DNA of 57,649 bases, filler included, from Squatina squatina (Eukaryota), in NCBI GenBank assembly GCA_031763465.1. It is 3 parts of 3 records of this genome, joined end to end, with 100 filler letters (N's around TTAATTAATTAA, not from the genome) between each part and the next. Parts side by side here need not be neighbours in the genome. Positions count along the whole stretch, not along the records: positions 41,404 to 57,649 come from JARFOE010000057.1; 2 more parts are not named here. One strand, 5' to 3'. Below are positions 48,005 through 57,649 of the stretch, one piece after another. The notes under the pieces were generated by a model. That model searched no databases. It was not told the origin of the DNA and saw only the letters and a list, made by a program, of their open reading frames with translations. Made by a program: the position numbers and the translations under genes. Within the stretch, counting starts at the first letter, position 1. Each line of letters begins with the position of its first letter.

Positions 48005-48405
48005 TTTATTCTTTACGGGATGTGGACGTCGCTGGCCAGGCCAGCATTTATTGCCCATCCCTAATTGCCCTTGAGAAGGTGGTGGTGAGCCGCCTTCTTG
48101 AACCACTGCAGTCGGTGTGGTGAAGGTGCTCTCAAGAGTGCTGTTAGGGAGGCAGTTCTGGGATTTTGGCACAGCGACGATGAAGGAACGGTGATATATT
48201 TCCAAGCCAGGATGGTGTGTGACTTGGAGGAGAACTTGGAGGTGGTGGTGTTCCCATATGCCTGCTGCCCTTGTCCTCCAAGGCGGTGGAGGTCACACAT
48301 TTGAGTGATGTTCTCTAAGATGCCTGGATGGGTTGCTGCAGTGCATCTTGTAGATGCCACACACTGCAGTCATGGACCACCGGTGATGGAGGGACTGAAT
48401 GTTTA
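48005..48405 (-). mobile_element. Non-LTR LINE (CR1/L2 group) ORF2 C-terminus and 3' UTR
   Basis: Frameshifted minus frames ...EIYHRSFIVAVPKSQNCLPNS... and LQWFKKAAHHHLLKGN*; three copies in the window. Confidence 0.8.
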
Positions 48406-48681
48406 GATGATTGTTTTGAACCTGACAGGTGAGTTTTGGGCTTGGTTGAACTTTCATTCTGAGCACTGAAAATCAAACAGCAATGGGTTTCGTTGCTGTA
48501 TTAAAAAAACATGCTGTAGTAGTCCCAGCTTCAGTCACTTATTAATTGAAGTTGTGGTATGAGAATGGCTCAGACGCAGAAACAACACTTTCAACTCAAA
48601 GCACCATGTGGCAGAGTGGCTAAACGACAGCCAAAGTGCAAAGCTGATAAAATAACAACTGTAACAGAGCATCACACTGAC

Positions 48682-48822
48682 CAATGTTCCCCCTGAGGTG
48701 CATGAATGCAATCTTAAGGTCCCGCGTAGTCCGCACACCAACTGCTGCTACTGAAAGAGATACGACGCATGCAAGGCAAACTTAAAGGATCCATGTAGGG
48801 AAAAACATTGCAGGGAACATTG
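48682..48822. mobile_element. 141-bp hAT-type MITE with 8-bp TSD
   Basis: TIRs CAATGTTCCC / GGGAACATTG, flanked by a perfect direct repeat ACACTGAC (48674-48681 and 48823-48830). Confidence 0.85.
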
Positions 48823-50350
48823 ACACTGACAATAACTGGGACTCACACTGAATATAACCGGGATTCAGANNNNNNNNNNNNNNNNNNNNNNNNNNNNNNN
48901 NNNNNNNNNNNNNNNNNNNNNNNNNNNNNNNNNNNNNNNNNNNNNNNNNNNNNNNNNNNNNNNNNNNNNGCTTTCAGTATTTTTGACATTTTGATTTATG
49001 TTGATGGATAAACACTAATTCCTCAAAGTGCTTAAGGAAATGGAATTCACCTTGAAATGATTGAGTGACCCAGTCTTGCTACTTTTGACATGTCCCATTG
49101 GAGTCGCTGCCTGTGTTATCAAAACAACCTTATTAATATACAGGAATCAACAGTTGACTATTGGTTTTAGAAATGGAACACATTCAGTTCTCAACTTTAG
49201 TCATTTTACCTGGGTACATTCAACTCTTAAAACTAACATTGTAGGATACAATTCAAAACATTTGCAAACTTTGTTAATGCATTATTTTGCAGTGTTGCAA
49301 AGTTGTCAGTCATTCTTGTTGCATTTCCCTGTATAGCAAGTCCTTTCTGATCTTGGCTATATTTATTTCAGCACAGCCAAGAAGCTTTCTCTCGAAGGAG
49401 AGAACTGAAAATGGTAGTCGAGTCTTCTAGCCCTGGCTCAAGAGTTTATAATTAGAGGTCTAGGAAACGTTGCCTGCCGTACCTATTGGTTAAGAAATGG
49501 TGTGTGAAGCTGGGAAACATAAAGAGCATAGTGGGTGGGCTGAGGAAGAAAAATAATTCATTTCGAGGGGAGGGGGAATAAAACACCTTGGAAACAAAAA
49601 CAAATGGAGTGTCACAGATTACAATCAGCTAACGATTAATTAAACGCTTTTAGATAGCAACGCAAAAAGGTGCATTAACAACCAAGATGGTGCTTATATC
49701 GAGGCATGCCTATCTACATATTGTAATACCTTTATATAGATTCTCCATTACAAGTAACATGCACAGCAGCCCTAAAGCACTGTTGCTTTTTATAGCTCTT
49801 GTATCTGCAAGACACACTAGAGTAAAATTTCCAATCGGGCCTTGACCTTGCATGAATTTTGTAAAATGAGCATCATTTAAATAATGTGAATGACTTTCAG
49901 GCCCATATTAGACCTGATGTTGTGTGTTTGCTTCAGTGCAGTGGGAAATCATGCACAAGTAGCCAAGGGCTGCTTAGAAAGGGTGATGAGTAACTTTAAT
50001 GAAATGTGGCCACTTAAAGGTACATTGCTACATATCTGGATAAAGATCTTACAAAGGCTGTGAATATTTTTATCTTTTAACCTTTGCAAAAGGTGTTTGG
50101 AAAACAAAAATACTGGACAAAACTCAGTGGCTTGCACAGTACGGAAGCAGAAAATGATGTTTGTGGCCAAGCGATGGAGGGACTTAACCAGCCAGCCCCT
50201 TGATAGCTAGTGGAGCTGAGAAAGTGGAGAAAGAGATGGTAATGAGGATGNNNNNNNNNNNNNNNNNNNNNNNNNNNNNNNNNNNNNNNNNNNNNNNNNN
50301 NNNNNNNNNNNNNNNNNNNNNNNNNNNNNNNNNNNNNNNNNNNNNNNNNN

Positions 50351-50858
50351 CCATAGAAGGAGTGCAACAAAGGTTCATCAGACTGATTCCTGGGATGGCG
50401 GGATTGTCCTATGAAGAGAGATTAGGTAGACTAGGCCTGTACTCTCTAGAGTTTAGAAGAATGAGAAGTGATCTCATTGAAGCATATAAAATTCTTACAG
50501 GGCTCGACAGGCTTGATGCAGGGATGATTTTTCCCCTGGCTGGGGAGTCTAGAGCCAGGGGTCACAGTCTCAGAATAAGGGGTTGGCCATTTAGGACTGA
50601 GATGAGGAAAATTTCTTCACTCAGAGGGAATTGAATCTTTGGAATTCTCTACCCCAGGGTGCTGTGGAGACTCAGTCAGTGAGTATATTCAAGACAGAAA
50701 TATAGATAAATTCCTGGATATTAAAGGCGTAAAGGGATATGGGGATAGAGAGCGGCAGAATGGCGTTGAGATAGAGGATCAGCCATGATCATGTTAAATG
50801 GTGGAGCAGGCTCAAGGGGCCGAATGGCCTACTCCTGCTCCTAGTTTCTATGTTTTCT
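50351..50858 (+). mobile_element. CR1 LINE ORF2 C-terminus and 3' UTR
   Basis: IEGVQQRFIRLIPGMAGLSYEERLGRLGLYSLEFRRMRSDLIEAYKILTGLDRLDAG...RGHSLRIRG; tail GGGCCGAATGGCCTACTCCTGCTCCTAGTTTCTATG. Confidence 0.92.
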
Positions 50859-51304
50859 AGGACATGGGCAGAGGAGATGGAAAAAAGAGGAAGGGAGAGA
50901 GAGGAATGGGGAGGTTGGAATATAGGGGAGAGAAACAGTGCAGATGAAATTTAAATCAGAAAGAATTGTAAAGTATTACACATGGCAAGAAAAAAAATCA
51001 CGAAACTCATACTCCATGACGGGTAGAAATTATGATGTTGAGGATGAGAGATATCTAGGGTTGTAAGTAGGCTTGGACTTAACGTGTCAAATCACTATAG
51101 CTGCAATCAAGATAATACTGTACTATAGTTTAGAGATTACTACTGGTGATATTCGTTGAGGAGTTCCTTTGTCTGCTATTTTAATATAGATGCCAATCTA
51201 CTTATTTTAAAATCAGTCAGTACTACGGTAGAGGAATATACTATGTTAAGCATTTATCCACTAATATCAGCAACTTTAATTTCTAGACTAATATTCACAA
51301 ATCA

Positions 51305-51800
51305 GCAGAATACAAGTCAGAGGAAGTTGTGCTGAGTCATATAGTACTATGGTCTGACCACGCCTTGAGCATTGTGTCCAGTCTTGGCTCACCAAAATAC
51401 AAAGGAAACACTCGAGTTCTGAAGACAATACAGAGACGATCCATACAGCTGATCCAGAGTGTCAGATGGCTGAGCTACAAGGGAAGAGTAGGGAAACCGA
51501 GGCTCTTCAGCTTTGAGATCAGAGGACCTTATAGAAGTATGTAAGATATTAAATGATCTAGGAAAGGCAAACCTTGAATATCACTTCAAGGTAACTCATG
51601 GCAGTAGGACAAGAGAGTAGAGTTCCAAATGCTGAAAGGANNNNNNNNNNACAAAGTGTGATCAATATTTGGAATAGACCTCTGGGTGAATCAGGGAGGT
51701 AAAAGCCTCAGAGTCATTTTCTAGCCTCTGTAGGTTTTTTTTATGAGGGATGGATGAGCTGAATGAAATGGTTGAAAGCATGCTCCTTCAATCCTGTTCT
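51305..51800 (+). mobile_element. Old degenerate CR1 fragment
   Basis: AGAATACAAGTCAGAGGAAGTT...GGTCTGACCACGCCTTGAGCATTGTGTCCAG; LKTIQRRSIQLIQSVRWLSYKGRV.KPRLFS. Confidence 0.65.
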
Positions 51801-52485
51801 TTACTGTTGTCTTACGCATCCAATTCAGTAATTTGGGATATTCACAGCCAGTACATTAGGGAAGCAGCATACATGGAATGGTTAAGTGCAAGCTATTTCA
51901 ATCCTATTCCTTACTGTTGACGTACGCATCCTATTAATCTCTGCCATTACGCAATGGAGTTCCCATTCCTCTTGAGCTCCATTGGCAATTCAAATATAAT
52001 CTCAAAATTCAGATCTGCCTACCACAAACTGTCACACAATCTGTTCTGCTCATTTTTTTTCTCTGTCTCCTTCTGTTCTGAAATCTGGCTAGCAACGATC
52101 CTATTAACACTTGGCATTCTGCAGCTTATTAATTGTACGAGTCATAGCAATTTACTCATGTTTATCAATGTAGTATCTTCAGTTAATTTATGCTACCCAT
52201 TATTGTCTGTTATATTATACATTATTATGTGTGTTCTTCAGCAAACATTTTATCAAGATTTCCTAAGGGGTGTCTTTAATTTATTGCTCGATCAATACTA
52301 GGTCCATCTTATATAATTTATTTCCCCCTCCTTGACAACTTGTACTGTGCTGAAAGTGACTGAACAAAAAAATCAAATTGTTCCACTGAGAAAGTGTATT
52401 AAATTACAATACAATTCGCATATACAGCTTCTGAGCATTTCTAAAGAGTCGATTTCAAATACTGGTATCAGTAGGATACGCTTAC

Positions 52486-52561
52486 CTCATAAACATTGAA
52501 CTGACTTTGTCCTCTGGCAAGTTCTCGATAGCTTGTTGTAAATTCACCAATGAAGTCATGG
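52486..52561 (-). CDS. CPNE5: Copine-5 exon (C2B)
   Basis: ttcag|C CAT GAC...TAT GAG|gtaagc; (S)[25 protein letters not shown]. Confidence 0.9.
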
Positions 52562-53853
52562 CTGAAATCACAAAGAGGAAAGTATCAGCTGCATTCTGTA
52601 CAAACTGTTCCATCCCAGCAATGCAGCAAACACAAACTTACTTTGCAAAGCTTCAGCTGGACACTTAGTAATAATGCCAATGAGGAAAAAATGATCTGCC
52701 AACATAATCTGGTGAATCACAAGAAGAAAACACAAACGTATGACTCATTAGGCCTTCAACCACGTGCTTCTCACATCTTGATTGGATAATTTTCATGTAT
52801 CTCATTGCTTTCAGTTGGTTATTTTATTTATACCAATGTATTAGCAATTAGATTAAAGGACAGTATGGTGACACACTGTATTGGAGCACCACACAGACAA
52901 AGGGAGGTTATTTGGAAAAGTAAATGAGAGAACATAAATACCTCAAAGAGGGGGTCTCGCTGAACTGCAATATCAATTGATATGATTTTTTTTAAAAAGG
53001 ACTGCAATGCTTCTACAAGTTTGATTATACATACTGAAACTGAAAACATTTATAATTTTTTTTTTTAAATGTGTTTTAAAAGGTTTCAATCCTGAGGTTG
53101 ACACCAGCTTAGCCCTGTGACACCATGGGCCAGAATNNNNNNNNNNNNNNNNNNNNNNNNNNNNNNNNNNNNNNNNNNNNNNNNNNNNNNNNNNNNNNNN
53201 NNNNNNNNNNNNNNNNNNNNNNNNNNNNNNNNNNNNCAGGTTTTGTTCCTGTGACTCTGTGTAAGTGACCATACCAAACATTAGGTGAAAACAAAAGCAA
53301 ATTACAGTGGAATTGGAGATCCTCCATCTGTTGTGGTGAATGTTTTGTTGAAATTTAGGACCTGACAATTATGCACAGAATGCTTCTGCACAGCTTCTGG
53401 TTCATTGGCAGCAGTCGCTTCGTAATAGGAATTACGTAGGTTGAAACCTTCTTGCATTCAGTAAATTTAGGAACGAAGCAGATTGAGTAAAAAGTGGTAT
53501 AATATTGAGAAAAAGCACCAAAAGATGATTTATCTGTATTCAATGCTGCACTAAGGAATCCTACTGCAGAGAAAATGAAGTAAAAAGACCATTGAAAAGA
53601 AAGCAACAGAAAATCAGATTTTTTTGCTTCCATGTTAAAGGCCATTAATGATAAACTTGTGCAACGCTCCACAACCAGAGTCAAATCTAAAGGTGAATAT
53701 TCAACTTCAGGACTGACCTGAAATTAGTGGTCCTAATAATGGGAGACATGTGGAAGCATCAGGACAGAAGTGAAAGAACGATTAGCACCAAAGAAGTTCC
53801 CCAATACCCAAGCAAAATGCCAGAATGTCTATCTATCACGTCTTCAACCTGGT

Positions 53854-54060
53854 CAACAACTTGCAGTTACCCAGTGCCTTTCGTGTAGGAAAATGTCCCA
53901 AAGCGCTTCACTAACAAAAATGCATGCTGAGCCAGAGAAGGAGATATTAAGAGGGGTGACCAAAAAGCTTGGTCAAACAGGAGGGGTTCAAGGTTGCTGA
54001 AGCAGAAGGAGATTGAGAGGCAGAGGAGTTTAGGGAGAGAATTTGACTAAAGGCACAGCT
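53854..54060 (-). mobile_element. L2-type LINE/SINE 3' tail fragment
   Basis: CAACAACTTGCAGTTACCCAGTGCCTTT...GTCCCAAAGCGCTTCAC...GGTGACCAAAAAGCTTGGTCAAA. Confidence 0.55.
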
Positions 54061-54327
54061 AACCTGAGGGTGGGGTGAACTATGGGAGTGATGCGGAGTT
54101 CTTTTTCAAGAGATGACACATCTTTGGTTCTAGCAGCACAAGACCATTTTGTTCTGCATAATATTTGATTATCTCAGTCTACCACTATAACCTTCAATCC
54201 TGTTCCTACTCATATGTTGATCTAGTTCTTATTAAAAGGAGTTAATCGACATAGCATTAACTCTTATTTTACCCTCTGCTCCTTTCAAAATTTAATACTA
54301 ATGGTAACATAATCATGGAAGAAATAT

Positions 54328-54996
54328 AGGGGGAGAAATTCTCCAGCCCCGATTGGGGCGGTAACTGCCTCAGGGTGGGGCTTCTTGTACCCGACGCGGA
54401 AGTCCCACCTGGGCTGTGAAATTGAGGTTACCGCCCTTCACGGGAAGTGGAGCGCAATCTCGTGCGCTCCACTTCCTGCTGGGGTGTGCCCCAGGGTGAT
54501 ACTGCGGTGCGACCGGCAGTGCTCCACGTAGCGCTGACCGATTTCAACGTTCCCCTCCCCTCCACTGGGTCACCAGGGCAGTGTGGTGCCGAGGCCGCAG
54601 CCAGCATCCCAAACGGAGTGTAGGGCTGCACGATGCAAGGGAGGCAGAAGTTGGGTCGACTGGTCAGTCGGCCAATCTGCCAAGATGGTGGTGTGGGGCG
54701 CTCCCCACTTCTTTAATTTCTGCCCCACGAACGGAGGTCAGTCCGGTTCGCGACCCACGAGGCTAGCGCTGTCACTGCCCGCGGCAGCCTCACAGGGCAC
54801 AGGGCAGTGTCCGACACAGGGCGGAAGGAGGATGGTGCACGGCACAAAGGGGTCACTACACACTGCTCTGCTGACTCCCGTGCAATTTCATGGGAGCCGG
54901 TAGCACCCCCCCCCCGCCGGTCGAAAACTGTTTTGTGCCCGGTTAGCACCCCTGAAGGGGTTAATGTGCATTGCAAAACAGGGTAATTTCGGCACC
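54328..54996. mobile_element. Non-autonomous GC-rich TIR element (family of 23622-24289, opposite orientation)
   Basis: Starts GGGGGAGAAATT and ends AATTTCGGCACC. Shares GGGGCGGTAAC...GCGGAAGTC with the reverse complement of 24220-24280. Confidence 0.6.
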
Positions 54997-55424
54997 ATAG
55001 ATTTTTCTTAACTGAGGAGATAGGTGAAGGCCAAGAAAAAGTTAGATTACCAATAGACATTAGACTTCAAAATTTGACTGAAGTCCTTTACCACAAGTAT
55101 TTAGGACCAACTGTGACACATATGATGCTGCTGTGAATTGCACTGAACCATGCAACAGTTAATCTGCAAGCCGCAGTGAGCCAAACATTAAGAAGCTACA
55201 CACAGCAGAACTTGTGGTAATCGCATTGATATCTGCCAGCCTGACACAGAAACTGCTGCATACCAGATGGTATCTGATTTTTCTAAAGCTCACAAAACAC
55301 CTCTTAAGTTGCAGAATGTAACAGAACCTGGCTTTTTGGCTGATCAGAAAAAACTATAATAGCATCCCAGTGGATTATCCGTCTTCTTTCTTGTGTCATG
55401 AAAATGCGTGACTCCAAGGCTTAC

Positions 55425-55466
55425 CTGCCGTCTCTGTCCCAGTCGTACACCTCTACCTTGATCGTC
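55425..55466 (-). CDS. CPNE5: Copine-5 42-nt exon (C2B)
   Basis: ttacag|G ACG ATC AAG GTA GAG GTG TAC GAC TGG GAC AGA GAC GGC AG|gtaag; (R)TIKVEVYDWDRDG(S). Confidence 0.9.
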
Positions 55467-55919
55467 CTGTAATGAAAGAAAAGCAACTAGTTAGTACCCT
55501 ATGTCAAACTGGAGATGAGTTAAGTATTTAAGATGATTGCCTGTTACAGTTAAAATTCTTTGCAGAATTCTGAAAAAAGAGGCTGTCTGAACTGTGTGAT
55601 TCAACATTTTTTTTTTTGACAGCCACTGAAATTGTGAACATCATGCTACATGATTCCGAATCTGAGGAATTGTTGCGACCTAATTATAAAAGAAGCACAT
55701 TCCAGTGATAACTTAACTCCTTTGAGTATTGCGGACAGGATTACTTGTCTAAGTGCTGCTGGCCCATGGGGATAACTTGAGCGTTCGAGATTGATGAGTT
55801 TTTTACATACAAAGAAATGTACAGCGTGATCAGGTTAATCTTTAGAATATGGATGCTCAATTGGTTGGAAAATTTGCCTTTAAAGCAGATGCTTAGCCAA
55901 TTCCAAAACACTTTTCATC

Positions 55920-56053
55920 CTACAATTTTAAAGAGGGTGCAATAACAGAGAGACCTGGGGGTGTTTGTGCATGAATCTTTGAAAGTAGCAGGACAAGTTA
56001 ACAAAGCAGCTGATAAAGTATATGGTATCCTGGGCTTTATGAATAGAGGCATA
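55920..56053 (+). mobile_element. CR1 ORF2 fragment
   Basis: QRDLGVFVHESLKVAGQVNKAADKVYGILGFMNRGI. Confidence 0.8.
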
Positions 56054-56505
56054 GGGCTGGAAATTGATTGCCGCCCTGTTGGGGCGCTCACGAGGCGGGA
56101 GAGGGCATTTCTTGCGCTGGCTCCTGCCCTGCCCCGCCCCGCCCGCTGCAGGATTCATTGCTCCGGGCCGCCTGCAAAACGCAGCGTGCTCCTGGACGCA
56201 ACTGGTCTGGCTGGCCTTGGACGCCGCTGGCGTGGGCTGTGCACCACGCGAGCGACGACAGAAGCACTATGTCAGCGCGCAGCACGCTGATGTCAGCAGC
56301 ATAGCCAGGCCTCCCCTAAAGGGGAGGGCCACTGGCCATCCTGACAGCACGCCGCAGCTGGAAACTGGGCTACCAGGGACACCGGCGACCGGGCCACCAG
56401 CGTGCCAGGCGAGAGGATGGTGGCCCGATCCGGCTGAGGGCTGCCATCAGTTGGCCGACAATGAAGCCGGCCGATTAATTAAGATGGCGGCCGCAGGCAC
56501 ACAGG
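56054..56505. mobile_element. GC-rich TIR-type element inserted at the end of the CR1 fragment; truncated by gap
   Basis: Begins GGGCTGGAAATT exactly where CR1 similarity stops, with an abrupt rise in GC/CpG. Confidence 0.55.
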
Positions 56506-57395
56506 NNNNNNNNNNNNNNNNNNNNNNNNNNNNNNNNNNNNNNNNNNNNNNNNNNNNNNNNNNNNNNNNNNNNNNNNNNNNNNNNNNNNNNNNNNNNNNN
56601 NNNNNAAGATCTAACTCTTTCTGTTAAAATAACAAAACCAGAATCTGTTTGTAATGATTCAGGCAGGCTAAGTGAACAATTTCAAGCAGCAGAATGTAAT
56701 TTCATTGTCAGGATCCGTCCCCCAACAACAATGCACAGTAATATATCAAAAATGGAAACGTTTGAAAAATAGAAACAGTTTCATATTGCCATCGGAATTT
56801 TAATCTGCAGAAAGATGAGATCCATGTACTGTAGTAAATGATGCAAAAATATAATTCAGTTAATTTTTTTAGCATAAAAAGAGTAAAATACAAAAAAAAG
56901 CATGTGGTCAATGAACTGAAATTTGCATCGACAGAAATTCTACGTAGCTTTTTCCCACGTCACTTGTGAATCACCTAATTCAGTCTCAGCAGTGTCACTG
57001 TCTGCCTTGAGCCCCTCAACAGCAAGCAAAGAAATGGAAAATGGTCAAAGGAGAAATGGTAGATCATTAATCAACCTCTTTTGTAGCGAATAACTGCGTG
57101 TTTCAAAGAAGTACCACTCGGTTGAGGTAATGTTCATAGATCTGACTGAAGGAAGGGAGGGGAGGGTTGGGGGGACTTGAAGCCAAATTTATACAACGTG
57201 TAGAATGGGGACTACTTACTTAAACTATAATTAAATCAACAACGGCATCATGTTAACTCATTTCCTTCATTTTCAGTTATGACCGCTTGCACTATAAAGA
57301 TACCTTTCCCTTAGACTAATCGTCACCAGTTATTCACTTGCTTATGCACTGATTCTGTGTACCAGCACCCAGAAGCCAAAATTCTATGAACTTAC

Positions 57396-57500
57396 CTATC
57401 ATAGTCACCATTGCAGAGGGCTCGTACTGGAATACAGAACTGCTGCCACACAGGATTCAGGGTATTTTTCACCACTTCTGTTTTATGGCAAATTGTGAAG
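57396..57500 (-). CDS. CPNE5: Copine-5 exon (C2B)
   Basis: tttcag|C TTC ACA...GAT AG|gtaagt; [34 protein letters not shown](R); phase compatible with 55425-55466. Confidence 0.9.
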
Positions 57501-57649
57501 CTGAAAACATAAATAAATAAATTGTGAATTCTAAATTGTTATCTATATATTCAGGATACTGAAGAGCAACCGCAGCAATTATGAGGATTTTTGCCAAAAT
57601 TGTGGCTTCAGTTTTCTTACTCCTGTTAATAGAGCAGGAAAGTCTTATG

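Noticed and set aside
54428-56627. GC-rich ORFs of 60-187 aa, or CpG-island promoters
   Set aside because: They lie inside TIR-bounded repeats and a CR1 fragment within CPNE5 introns; high GC explains the open frames.
1-57649. CRISPR arrays, rRNA, tRNA or prokaryotic operon-like systems
   Set aside because: No regularly spaced repeats or RNA-gene signatures were seen; the sequence has spliceosomal introns and vertebrate repeats.

Overview
Vertebrate genomic DNA, very probably from a cartilaginous fish (judged from the CR1/L2/Deu-SINE/Penelope/Harbinger repeat content), from a heavily gapped, apparently reference- or homology-guided assembly. Two artificial 100-nt linkers (44N-TTAATTAATTAA-44N at 20403-20502 and 41304-41403) split the window into three unrelated blocks. 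Block 1 (1-20402) has a homeobox exon that reads as NKX3-type in its 5' part and MSX3-type in its 3' part, an internally deleted Harbinger transposon, and four consecutive TUBGCP2 exons. Block 2 (20503-41303) is bounded by head-to-head first exons of CCNC (-) and PRDM13 (+). Between them lie four exons of a type III-like intermediate-filament gene (probably ngs-like) and a divergent DMRT DMA-domain exon that abuts the PRDM13 5' UTR with no gap. Block 3 (41404-57649) has four CPNE5 exons (-) in repeat-rich introns. The most unusual signals are the NKX3/MSX chimeric homeobox and the DMRT-like exon next to PRDM13. Both could be novel biology, but in this assembly a mis-join is at least as likely and must be excluded first. 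Gene identifications rest on my recall of the protein families, not on database searches.
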